From contig CAZUSV010000004.1 in the NCBI GenBank assembly GCA_964622645.1, positions 9,290 to 73,289 of the forward strand: a stretch of 64,000 bases of DNA, in the 5' to 3' direction. The notes below the pieces were generated by a model, which was given only the letters and a program-made list of their open reading frames with translations, did not search any database and was not told the DNA's origin. How positions within the stretch are numbered: the stretch's first letter is position 1; every line of letters starts with the position of its first letter. Source of the stretch: an uncultured Anaerolineales bacterium (GTDB lineage Bacteria > Chloroflexota > Anaerolineae > Anaerolineales > UBA11858). Position numbers and translations under genes: made by a program. Shown in pieces: positions 22,484 through 31,017 of the stretch.

Positions 22484-22518
22484 TAAAAAAGACAAGGCGC
22501 TCTATTGTAGAGCGCCTC
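22484..22518 (-). terminator. Terminator of the mevalonate-module operon
   Basis: Stem aggcgctcta/tagagcgcct with loop ttg, followed on the minus strand by a T-run (tgtctttttt). Confidence 0.7.
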
Positions 22519-22540
22519 GGAAAGTCTTTAGCTTGGTAAC

Positions 22541-22963
22541 CTAGTCCGCTGCTGCCAATTGGTGAAGCTCCGTAGGACGGAATTTGTAGCCATATACCAA
22601 CATGCCGCGATCCTCATCGCCTTCTGAGCGCAATTTGCGAGTGACCATTTCAACAGGCATGCCAATTTCGACTGGCTCCTCACCGATATCCGTCAACTGG
22701 GCAGTGACCATTGGGCCTTCTTCCAGCTTGACCAGGGCAACTGTATAGGGAGCAGAGGCCTGGTATCCAGCAGGGACATTGGACAAAGTTGTATAAGAAT
22801 ACACTTCCCCACGCCCACTGAACTCAAATAGAGTTTTGGCCTCGTCACCACATTCAGGGCAAACATCTCGAGGCGGGAAAATCTTTGCATCACAATGTGG
22901 GCAAACCTCGCCCACCAAGGCATACCGTTGTTTTTTCAAACGCCAATGACGTGGAATTTCCAT
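22541..22963 (-). CDS. DUF35 OB-fold/zinc-ribbon protein (thiolase-HMGS scaffold type)
   Basis: CPHC..CPEC zinc ribbon followed by an OB-fold region. Start at ATG 22963 after SD aaaggag. Confidence 0.85.
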   Translation of the reverse strand: MEIPRHWRLKKQRYALVGEVCPHCDAKIFPPRDVCPECGDEAKTLFEFSGRGEVYSYTTLSNVPAGYQASAPYTVALVKLEEGPMVTAQLTDIGEEPVEIGMPVEMVTRKLRSEGDEDRGMLVYGYKFRPTELHQLAAAD

Positions 22964-23042
22964 TTCATACTCCTTTTTATTCGACTGTAGTATAGCCAGC
23001 AAAACTATCAAGAACTATCAGGATCATGAATTCCAAAAAAGC

Positions 23043-24209
23043 TTACATTCTTGTAAGCACATGGGTGACTGCGGTAGAGGCTGGGCCACCTAAGCACTGC
23101 ACCAAAGCATTTTTCGCTTGGGGGATTTGATTTCCCCCAACATCACCGCGCAGTTGTTGGACAGCTTCGACAACCTGATAGAGGCCAGAAGCTCCCCAGG
23201 GATTACCGCGTGCTTTCAAGCCCCCCAAGGTGGAGATCGGGATCCGGCCTTTGAGGCTGATCTGACCCTCCTCAGCCAGTACCCACCCCTGGCCGCGTTC
23301 TGCAAACCCGGCTGCTTCGAGAGAGAGCGCTGCGTAAATCGAGTAGAGATCACATAACTCGAAGAAATCCACCTGATCGATAGCAATCCCAGCCTGAGCG
23401 CAGGCGCGTTCCACAGAAAGGCGCGCCGACCGAAATTCCAGAGGGTCAGGGCGGTCGTGCAGGGACAATTTATCCGTAGCAACGCTCGAACCTGCAATCA
23501 GAGCGGGGGCGTGAGGCGCATCAGGCGGCAGCAACTGCGCGCGAGTAAGCAGTACCGCCGCGGCACCGTCAGCATCAGGCGCGGCATCGAACATATTTAG
23601 AGGATCACAAACCATACCCACGCGGGCGTAAAGGTCGCGCTTAATGGCTTTGCGGAACATGGCATTGGGGTTGCAAGCACCATTAGCATGCGCTGTGACT
23701 GGGAATCCCGCCAGAGCGTATTCAGGCAGATCGTATTCGTGGAAATAACGCCGCATTAACATAGCCCCTTGAGTCAGCGGAGTCATCCCCTGAACAGCCT
23801 CATAGTCGCTATCCAGGCTAGTGGCGATGGCGCTATCCACCTCTGGGCCGACTTTATCAGTGAGCTTCTCGACGCCTACCACCAGTGCTACATCAACATA
23901 TCCCGACTTTACAGCCAGGTATCCAGCCCGCAAAGCTGCCCCTCCCGAGGCTCCAGCGGCTTCGACTGTGTAAGCCTCGATACCGCGCAGACCGGCAAAA
24001 TCAGCAATCAAGACACCCAGATGCGCCTGACCTGAAAGACTAGGGGCCATCATATTGCCAACAAATAGAGACTGTGGCAACAACCCTCCAGCATCAGCTC
24101 GGGCTGCCTCGATAGCCTGATAGGCCAATTCTCGCAAGGATAAATCCCAATGTTCGCCAACCGGTGTCTGTCCAATTCCTGCAATAACGACTTCTGTCAT
24201 AGTGTCCAT
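23043..24209 (-). CDS. Thiolase (archaeal-type acetoacetyl-CoA thiolase)
   Basis: 388 aa. Overall length and sequence resemble the SCP-x/archaeal-like thiolase family; I did not identify the catalytic residues. Sits next to HMGS and DUF35. Confidence 0.88.
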   Translation of the reverse strand: MDTMTEVVIAGIGQTPVGEHWDLSLRELAYQAIEAARADAGGLLPQSLFVGNMMAPSLSGQAHLGVLIADFAGLRGIEAYTVEAAGASGGAALRAGYLAVKSGYVDVALVVGVEKLTDKVGPEVDSAIATSLDSDYEAVQGMTPLTQGAMLMRRYFHEYDLPEYALAGFPVTAHANGACNPNAMFRKAIKRDLYARVGMVCDPLNMFDAAPDADGAAAVLLTRAQLLPPDAPHAPALIAGSSVATDKLSLHDRPDPLEFRSARLSVERACAQAGIAIDQVDFFELCDLYSIYAALSLEAAGFAERGQGWVLAEEGQISLKGRIPISTLGGLKARGNPWGASGLYQVVEAVQQLRGDVGGNQIPQAKNALVQCLGGPASTAVTHVLTRM

Positions 24210-24231
24210 TCCAATATCATCATGGGGGAGG

Positions 24232-24293
24232 GAGTAAGGAGTAGGGAGTAGGGGGAAACCTACTCCCTATTCCATACTTCCTACTCCTTACTC
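24232..24293. promoter_or_regulatory. Nested intercistronic hairpin pairing SD-like and anti-SD-like tracts (HMGS-thiolase spacer)
   Basis: gagtaaggagtag(24232-44) pairs with ctactccttactc(24281-93). The inner stem is agggagtag/ctactccct. Confidence 0.5.
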
Positions 24294-25368
24294 ACTTCAT
24301 CATTAATTTGCCGCGCATGCGGGAGTACGTGGCGTAATCTACCTCCGTACGGCGGGCGATATATGACTGCGTCTTGGGAGCCAGGTCGCGTTGCTCCAAC
24401 AGGCGCTCGGTGACGCGGATGCCAAAAGCATCCGAACCTGCACCAGAGCCAAAAGAGACCATCAATATACGATCTCCAGGCTGCGCCTCATCAAGGATAG
24501 CTGTCAGGCCAATAATGGCTGCGCCAGAATAAGTATTGCCTATCACCGGCACCAGCAACCCTGCAGCGATCTGCTCTTTGCTGAAGCCCAGTTGTCCTGC
24601 TACTCTGCTGGGGAATTTGGTATTGGGCTGGTGGAAAACGGCGTATTGATAATCCCGCGCCGTAGTGCCTGTAGCATCTAGATAAGCCTGACCAGCTGAT
24701 GAAATGTGCTTAAAATATGCCGGCTCTCCGGTAAAGCGCTGGCCATGCTCGGGGTATTTCTGGTATTCCCGTCGCCAGAAGTCGGGGGTGTCGGTGACAT
24801 ATGAAAGGGCGCTCTCGATCACCGCCACAGATTCTTCCGCAGGGCCTATCAGAAAGGCTGCGCCACCCGCGGAGGCGGTATATTCCAGGGCATCACCCGG
24901 ACGCCCCTGGGCGGTATCCATGCCAATGGCCAGGGCATACTTGGCCATATCCGAGCCGACGAAGCCCATAGCAGCCACCATGGCTTCGGTGCCGGCCTTA
25001 CAGGCGAACTCCCAGTCACCGGCCTGGGTAAATGGGACAATCCCCAAGGCTTCGGCTACAATCGTGGAGGTCGGCTTGACAGCATAGGGGTGAGACTCCG
25101 AGCCCACCCAGACTGCCCTGATCTCTTCAGGGTCGATCTCTGCGCGCCCTAATGCGTTGCGAGCTGCCTCGATGGACATAGTGGCGGTATCTTCATCAGG
25201 ACCAGGAACGGATTTCTCTTGAATCGGCGTGCCGCCAGTTCCACCGGTCCATATTCGAGAAATCTCTTTTGCTGGCAAGCGATATCTGGGCACATAGGCC
25301 CCATAACCGACGATCCCCACGGGGTGGGAGGGTTTGAGAAGCAGGGTATCAGTTTTTTTCTCCGTCAT
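24292..25368 (-). CDS. Hydroxymethylglutaryl-CoA synthase (archaeal-type)
   Basis: 358 aa. Condensing-enzyme fold with N-terminal [15 protein letters not shown]. Context is with the thiolase and DUF35 genes. Confidence 0.88.
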   Translation of the reverse strand: MTEKKTDTLLLKPSHPVGIVGYGAYVPRYRLPAKEISRIWTGGTGGTPIQEKSVPGPDEDTATMSIEAARNALGRAEIDPEEIRAVWVGSESHPYAVKPTSTIVAEALGIVPFTQAGDWEFACKAGTEAMVAAMGFVGSDMAKYALAIGMDTAQGRPGDALEYTASAGGAAFLIGPAEESVAVIESALSYVTDTPDFWRREYQKYPEHGQRFTGEPAYFKHISSAGQAYLDATGTTARDYQYAVFHQPNTKFPSRVAGQLGFSKEQIAAGLLVPVIGNTYSGAAIIGLTAILDEAQPGDRILMVSFGSGAGSDAFGIRVTERLLEQRDLAPKTQSYIARRTEVDYATYSRMRGKLMMK

Positions 25369-25399
25369 AGATTTAATTCCTTTAGTTCATGGATTACTT

Positions 25400-25506
25400 C
25401 GACTATGTCAACTTCGCGAGAACTTCAGAAAATAGGGGGGCAGGGGTGCTCCGCACCCCTGTCCCCCTATTTTCGGGCCTCTCGTCTGTAAGATAACATT
25501 GATAAG
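25400..25506. repeat. Family B repeat, full copy
   Basis: ..ttcgcgagaacttcagaaaataggggggcaggggtgctccgcacccctgtccccctattttcgggcctctcg.. Confidence 0.8.
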
Positions 25507-25571
25507 CTAATCAACCTGACAGGATAGTACCTGAGCAATGTAGTTATTGCGTAAACAGCTTCCGTGAAACA

Positions 25572-26867
25572 TTAAGGCTCATACCACTGAGTCAAAATCT
25601 CTTTGGCACGGTCGATGCGCACGGTCTTTTCAGCCACCAACCGTTGCGCCAGATGATTGATTACATCTCCTTGAGCGCCAGCGGCAATAGCGACCTGACG
25701 GGCGTGCAGACTCATATGCCCGCGCTGGATGCCTTCGGTGGCCAGCGCCCGCAAAGCAGCCAGATTTTGGGCTAGGCCTACACAGACGATGATCTCAGCC
25801 AACTCACTGGCAGTGGTTATTCCCATAATTTTGAGCGCCGCCTGCGCTGTTGGATGAACCTTTGTAGCCCCGCCAACAATGCCTACAGCCATAGGCATTT
25901 CCAGTTGACCTATGAGATTACCATCGTCGTCGCTGCCCCAGGTACTCAGCGATGTATAGCACCCGGCGCGCACCGCATAGGCGTGAGCCCCTGCTTCTAC
26001 AGCGCGCCAGTCGTTACCAGTTGCCAGAACTACAGCGTCTACGCCGTTCATGATGCCTTTGTTGTGCGTGGCGGCCCGGTAGGGATCCGCGGCGGCGAAT
26101 GCCCAAGCAGCGACGATGCCATCGCGCACGTCTTCGGCAGAGAAATCCCGAAAAGCCAGCTCTGAGAGCGGGATAGTGCAGCGTGCAGAGGCCAGTCGGC
26201 GATCGGCAAGGTTGGAGAGGATGCGCAAGTGCACGCGCCCACCCGTTAGCGCTTCGATATGTGGCGCAAGTTGCTCGCAGGTCGTATTGATGGCATTGGC
26301 TCCCATGGCATCGCGCACATCATAGATCAGGTGCACCACCAGGAAAGCCCCAATGGGAGATTCCTCGATCAAGCGCACTTCCAGATCGCGGGGTCCGCCG
26401 CCCAATTTCTTCAGGATGGGGTCTATCTCAGAGGCATTGGCTAGCAGATCGGCCTTGTTTTGCAGTACTGACTGACGCGCCCTTTGTAAATCATCCACTT
26501 CCAAGACTTGCATCTGGCCGATCATCTCGGGGGACGTACTTTGGGCTTTAAATCCCCCACCAGCGCGGGCTAACTTGGCCATATAGGAGGCACCTGCCAC
26601 AATGGAAGGCTCTTCGACTACCATGGGCACGATGACATCCCGACCGTTAATCATAAAGTTGAGCGCTAATCCCAGAGGGAGGCTGTGCAGCCCAACGACA
26701 TTCTCGATCATATGTTGAGCCTGTTCGAGAGATAGTCCGCCCGGACCTTCGAGAACAGGAATATCCTCGGGATCCAAGAACCCACCTTGAGTGAGTCTGG
26801 TATGCCGCTCTGCAAGGGAGAGATCATAAAATCCAGAGATTCGGGAGCTTTTCTGTGAATCAGTCAT
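25572..26867 (-). CDS. HMG-CoA reductase (probably class II)
   Basis: ENVVG, DAMGANAIN and TGNDWRA motifs. Start at ATG 26867 gives 431 aa. Confidence 0.9.
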   Translation of the reverse strand: MTDSQKSSRISGFYDLSLAERHTRLTQGGFLDPEDIPVLEGPGGLSLEQAQHMIENVVGLHSLPLGLALNFMINGRDVIVPMVVEEPSIVAGASYMAKLARAGGGFKAQSTSPEMIGQMQVLEVDDLQRARQSVLQNKADLLANASEIDPILKKLGGGPRDLEVRLIEESPIGAFLVVHLIYDVRDAMGANAINTTCEQLAPHIEALTGGRVHLRILSNLADRRLASARCTIPLSELAFRDFSAEDVRDGIVAAWAFAAADPYRAATHNKGIMNGVDAVVLATGNDWRAVEAGAHAYAVRAGCYTSLSTWGSDDDGNLIGQLEMPMAVGIVGGATKVHPTAQAALKIMGITTASELAEIIVCVGLAQNLAALRALATEGIQRGHMSLHARQVAIAAGAQGDVINHLAQRLVAEKTVRIDRAKEILTQWYEP

Positions 26868-27026
26868 AAGCCAATCATATTTTAGGGTCAGAAGCTGGCA
26901 AAAACTATCAAGCTGCAAGGGATTTACCTAATGCCAGGGGAATCACATTTAGAAATTGTTATGATGGATGAGAATGCCCAAAGCAACCTTTAGGGTAACG
27001 CGCCAAACCCTTCTACACGATCTCCA

Positions 27027-27088
27027 ATCGCAGGACAGGCGCGTTGGCGGTCGAATCAGGCTGAAAAGTCCGCCCTACGCGGTTGGGC
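27027..27088. repeat. Family D hairpin repeat
   Basis: atcgcaggacaggcgcgttggcggtcgaatcaggctgaaaagtccgccctacgcggttgggc. Confidence 0.65.
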
Positions 27089-27209
27089 TACTTACCCAAA
27101 AAAATTAATTCCGGAGAGAAACTCCAAATACGATCGCCCTGGTGTTAACGCGGTGTTAAGAGTCGCAGGGGCTATTCTTTGGTAAAATAAAGCTGGTGAG
27201 GATCCCTGC

Positions 27210-28928
27210 ATGGTAACGTTAACTCGTGAGCAATTAGAAGAAAGACTGGTCGCACTACACCGGGCTAGTCTGCAATTAGTGAGCGATTTGTCGCCCAACA
27301 ATGTCCTGGAGCGTATTGTGGGCATGGCCCGAGAGCAGGCCAACGCCCGTTATGCAGCTATCGGCATTGTGAATGAGAAGGGAGATCTAGAAAAATTCAT
27401 CCCTAACGGGATGTCAGAAGAAGATATATCCAGAATTGCGCATCCCCCCAAGGGCTTGGGATTAATTGGCGCTCTGCTGAAAGAACAACAAACACTGCGC
27501 ATATCGCAAATCGATGAGGATGAACGCAGTGTTGGTTTTCCAGACAACCACCCTAACATGCACTCTTTTTTGGGCGTCCCTATTATGTCTGGGGGAAAAA
27601 TGTTGGGACAAATCTACCTGACTGACAAAGAGAATGCATCTGAGTTCACTGAGGATGATGAACGGGTCATCGAAACGCTGGCTGCTTACGCCGCCGTGGC
27701 GATCGAGAATTCACGCTTATACGAAAGCGTCATCGAACGTGATAAGACCTTAGTGGAGCAGTTCGATGATCTAACCCTGCTCTATAATTTGGCCAAAGCC
27801 TCTGAGCGCGCTTCTGGCATGGATGAAATCCTGGATGAGACCTTGAACCAGGTTATCGAGCACTTCGGCGTTCAAGCTGGAGAGATATTCCTTCGGGAAG
27901 AAGACAGCGAAGTGCTATGGTTGAAGCGGCATCGTGGTGAGGCGGCTTCTGCTTTCTGGTCTTGCGAGCGCTTTAATTTTGGGGACGGCATGGTGGGCCG
28001 CGCCGCCCTGGAAGACAAGACCATTGAAAGCCCGCCTCTCGGAAAAGATGTGGTATGTTTGCGACCGGCGGTGATCGAAGCTGGCTTCAAACGCATTGTC
28101 TGCATCCCATTACGGGCGAGCAACCGGGTTGTCGGTGTGATGACCGTTGCCAGCCGAGATAACCGCCAATATACCTGGCGCGAACTTGACCTTTTGGAAG
28201 CCATCGGCACCTGGATAGGGACGGCCATCGAGAACACCCGTCTGCAACAGCAAAGCCGTCGCATTGCCATTCTGGAAGAGCGCGAGCGCATAGGCATGGA
28301 CTTGCACGATGGCATCATTCAATCGATCTACAGCGTCGGTCTGGCGCTGGACCTGGCTCGAATGTCGCTGGAAGATGATGTCAAGGTCGCCCGGCAAAAG
28401 ATCAGTGAAGGCATCGAAGGCCTGAATAGCACCATTCAAGATATCCGGGCATACATTCTCGATCTCCGCCCCCGGCAGTTACGCGGGGGCGAATCTTTGC
28501 CCCACGGCGTGCAGCGCCTGCTGGACGAGTTCCGCAGTCATACCAAAGCCAAAACCAACCTGGCTACTTCAGAGAACGGCTTCAATGGATTACCGCGCCT
28601 GAACGCGCTGGCGATATTCCATATCTGCCAGGAATCCCTGGCCAATGTCGCCAAGCACGCCTACGCCAGTGAAGTGGACGTCCAGCTTTGGGGAACCGAT
28701 GAGCAGGTGCTCTTGAAGGTCAGCGATGATGGCCGCGGCTTCGATCTTGAGAATACCGGTGAGATCATCGGACATGGGCTCTCGAACATGCAACGCCGCG
28801 CTCGCAAAGTGGGTGGGGATGTCAAAATCAGCTCGAATGTGGACCAGGGGACGACGGTTTTAGCCTGGGTGCCATGGAAGGAAGATTCCTCTGCATCTGG
28901 AGATGCATCCGAAGAGGGGTTAAACTGA
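27210..28928 (+). CDS. Cytoplasmic GAF-GAF-HisKA_3-HATPase_c histidine kinase
   Basis: Two GAF-like regions. H-box ERERIGMDLHDGIIQ, N-box ESLANVAKHA, G-box DDGRGF. No TM helix. Confidence 0.88.
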   Translation: MVTLTREQLEERLVALHRASLQLVSDLSPNNVLERIVGMAREQANARYAAIGIVNEKGDLEKFIPNGMSEEDISRIAHPPKGLGLIGALLKEQQTLRISQIDEDERSVGFPDNHPNMHSFLGVPIMSGGKMLGQIYLTDKENASEFTEDDERVIETLAAYAAVAIENSRLYESVIERDKTLVEQFDDLTLLYNLAKASERASGMDEILDETLNQVIEHFGVQAGEIFLREEDSEVLWLKRHRGEAASAFWSCERFNFGDGMVGRAALEDKTIESPPLGKDVVCLRPAVIEAGFKRIVCIPLRASNRVVGVMTVASRDNRQYTWRELDLLEAIGTWIGTAIENTRLQQQSRRIAILEERERIGMDLHDGIIQSIYSVGLALDLARMSLEDDVKVARQKISEGIEGLNSTIQDIRAYILDLRPRQLRGGESLPHGVQRLLDEFRSHTKAKTNLATSENGFNGLPRLNALAIFHICQESLANVAKHAYASEVDVQLWGTDEQVLLKVSDDGRGFDLENTGEIIGHGLSNMQRRARKVGGDVKISSNVDQGTTVLAWVPWKEDSSASGDASEEGLN

Positions 28929-28956
28929 CCTAAGCCCAAGGTTTTCTTGCCAATTG

Positions 28957-28982
28957 AAAAGCCGCCTCGAGCGGCTTTTTTA
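28957..28982 (+). terminator. Rho-independent terminator after the GAF kinase gene
   Basis: aaaagccgc-ctcga-gcggctttttt. Confidence 0.75.
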
Positions 28983-28990
28983 ATATCCAG

Positions 28991-29026
28991 CTTTGGGGGT
29001 AACCACCAAGGCGATTCCTAGAAATC
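28991..29026. repeat. Family A repeat, solo arm
   Basis: ctttgggggtaaccaccaaggcgattcctagaaatc. Confidence 0.55.
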
Positions 29027-29050
29027 TTGATCAATGTAGTAATCTGTTAT

Positions 29051-29159
29051 GGCTCTCTAGGAATCGACGTGGGACCTCCCAGATTTAGGGGTGAACGGGG
29101 TGCTCCACACCCCGTTCACCCCTAAATCTGGGGGATTAACCCGACAATTCCTGGAGACC
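29051..29159. repeat. Family A repeat, full copy with core hairpin
   Basis: ggctctctaggaatcgacgtgggacctcccagatttaggggtgaacggggtgctccacaccccgttcacccctaaatctgggggattaacccgacaattcctggagacc. Confidence 0.85.
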
Positions 29160-29226
29160 TTCTGTTATACTCCTGAAGAAGACGCATGACGGATAATCTA
29201 ACATCTGCGAAAGAGGCAGTCAACCT

Positions 29227-29955
29227 ATGAAGCATAAAAACACTTTCGATATTCTGCTACTCATCGCCCGGCCTGCCGCAGGCAAGAGCGAAATTATCGA
29301 TCACTTGAAACACACCAGCATGAATGAGCGCGTGCAGAAATATCACATCGGCGAGTTCGAAGAAATCGATGATTTCCCTATGCTATGGGCCTGGTTCGAG
29401 GAAGATGATATTTTGACCAAAATGGGGTACCCGCGCCTGCATTCTGACGAGCAGCACTATTTTTTAGGTGATCATCTGTGGAATGTGCTGATTGAACGCA
29501 TCAGCCTGGAATATCACAAAAAGCTGCGCGACCAGCCAGATTATCACCAGCACAAAACGACAATCATCGAGTTTGCCCGTGGATCGGCACAGGGCGGCTT
29601 TAAGCAAGCCTTCCAGCATTTGAGTCAGGAAATCGTTGAGCGGTTGGCAATTATATATGTCAATGTGTCGTGGGAAGAATCTCTTCGCAAGAACCGGGCG
29701 CGCTTTAACCCTGATCGACCAGACAGCATCCTTGAACATGGTCTCTCAGATAAGAAATTGGAAGCCCTCTACCGCGATGTAGATTGGGACGAAGTCAGCG
29801 CAGCCGACCCGGAGTTCATCGAAATTCAGGGAATAAAAGTTCCCTATGTGGTTCTCGAAAATGAAGATGATGTCACTACCGAGAGAGGTGCTGCCCTGGC
29901 TGAAAGGCTGGAAATGACCTTGGGGAGGTTATGGAAATTGTATAAGAGCAGATAG
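29227..29955 (+). CDS. P-loop NTPase/kinase-like protein of unknown function
   Basis: Walker-A-like ARPAAGKSE near the N-terminus. 242 aa. Family not confidently recognised. Confidence 0.55.
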   Translation: MKHKNTFDILLLIARPAAGKSEIIDHLKHTSMNERVQKYHIGEFEEIDDFPMLWAWFEEDDILTKMGYPRLHSDEQHYFLGDHLWNVLIERISLEYHKKLRDQPDYHQHKTTIIEFARGSAQGGFKQAFQHLSQEIVERLAIIYVNVSWEESLRKNRARFNPDRPDSILEHGLSDKKLEALYRDVDWDEVSAADPEFIEIQGIKVPYVVLENEDDVTTERGAALAERLEMTLGRLWKLYKSR

Positions 29956-30018
29956 AACCCTCTCTACTTTGATGTATATAGAATAATTGTAACAACTCAG
30001 CCAAACGGGAAGTCCCCC

Positions 30019-30162
30019 CACGGCTTTCTTAAAGTCTTAAGATGTCATTGCGAGGAGCCGCTTTTTGGCGACGAAGCAATCTCCCACTCTGCGAGGAGAT
30101 TGCCACACTCCGCTGGGCTGCGTTCGCAATGACACATGAAACGCGACTTCAAGAAAGCCCTG
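30019..30162. repeat. Family C repeat (144 bp, MITE-like), copy 1
   Basis: cacggctttcttaaagtcttaagatgtcattgcgaggagccgctttttggcgacgaagcaatctccc..cgttcgcaatgacacatgaaacgcgacttcaagaaagccctg. Confidence 0.85.
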
Positions 30163-30181
30163 GGAGTCCCCCGAACTGCTA

Positions 30182-30210
30182 TTGACATAGACACGTATTT
30201 GTTATATTAT
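30182..30210 (+). promoter_or_regulatory. Sigma70-like promoter of the GntR/sugar-ABC operon
   Basis: TTGACA, 17-nt spacer, TATTAT. Confidence 0.6.
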
Positions 30211-30217
30211 GAAGACG

Positions 30218-30229
30218 TTGGACGTCCAA
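30218..30229. promoter_or_regulatory. Perfect 12-bp palindrome, candidate GntR/HutC operator
   Basis: ttggacgtccaa lies 8 nt downstream of the -10 element and 24 nt upstream of the regulator ATG. Confidence 0.5.
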
Positions 30230-30252
30230 TCTTTCTAGCGGATTTGGTAATT

Positions 30253-30984
30253 ATGAAAATAAATACCAGTACGCGCTTACAGCAAGTAAAAGCGTATTTG
30301 CTCAATTACATCAGTCAAAATCAACTGATTCGCAACGACCAACTTCCTTCAGAAGCGTCAATTGCGAAAACATTGGGGGTCAGCCGGAATACTCTCCGGG
30401 AAGCTTATATCTCACTAGAAAATGAAGGCATTATCGTACGGCGACACGGAATTGGCACCTTTGTTGCCAATTCCCCCATTATCAGAGATTCACTCAATGA
30501 GTTTTCCCCATTTGCCCAGATCATCCAGGATGTAGGGTACACACCGAACTTTCAAACTCTTTCCATGGGGTTTGATTATGCGCCCACAGAGGTTTATGAT
30601 GTTTTTAAAGCGCCCTCAACCGAAAAGATTCGTCGCATAAAACGAATCGTTCTTGCCGATCAACAACCGGTAATCTATGTTGATGATTATATGGCTCCGT
30701 CCATAGAAGCATTGGATCTGAATTGGGAGCAGTTTGACGGCAATACAGTTCATTTTCTATCCGCTTCACTCGATACACCACTACATCAAATCCAATCTTG
30801 CATACGTGCTGCGGCTCTAAGTCCCAAAGTTTCACAATATCTAGAATTGCCAGAAGGAACACCGATACTCAGCGTTCGGTCAACTATCTTTACGATAGAT
30901 AACCAACCCGTTAACTACAGCAAGATCTGTTTCAATTCTAATATTGTGGAATTAAATATCGTGCGAATGATCCGCACGAAATAA
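30253..30984 (+). CDS. GntR-family regulator, HutC subfamily (wHTH + UTRA)
   Basis: LPSEASIAKTLGVSRNTLREAYISLENEGIIVRRHGIGTFV plus a UTRA-like C-terminus. Start at ATG 30253; the track start lies inside the family C repeat. Confidence 0.88.
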   Translation: MKINTSTRLQQVKAYLLNYISQNQLIRNDQLPSEASIAKTLGVSRNTLREAYISLENEGIIVRRHGIGTFVANSPIIRDSLNEFSPFAQIIQDVGYTPNFQTLSMGFDYAPTEVYDVFKAPSTEKIRRIKRIVLADQQPVIYVDDYMAPSIEALDLNWEQFDGNTVHFLSASLDTPLHQIQSCIRAAALSPKVSQYLELPEGTPILSVRSTIFTIDNQPVNYSKICFNSNIVELNIVRMIRTK

Positions 30985-31017
30985 ATGTATTTCTCAATGG
31001 AGAAAGGAGAAAGGATT

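Noticed and set aside
30136-30252. Over-long ORF-track starts: GntR at 30136, ctaA at 60208, ICMT at 12134, mutM at 7486, NUDIX at 20578, the ABC ATPase at 35975 and HMGR at 26918.
   Set aside because: The extensions run through repeat elements or lack an SD. Internal ATGs with good SDs or family-defining N-termini (for example M-PELPEVE for Fpg) give products of the expected size.
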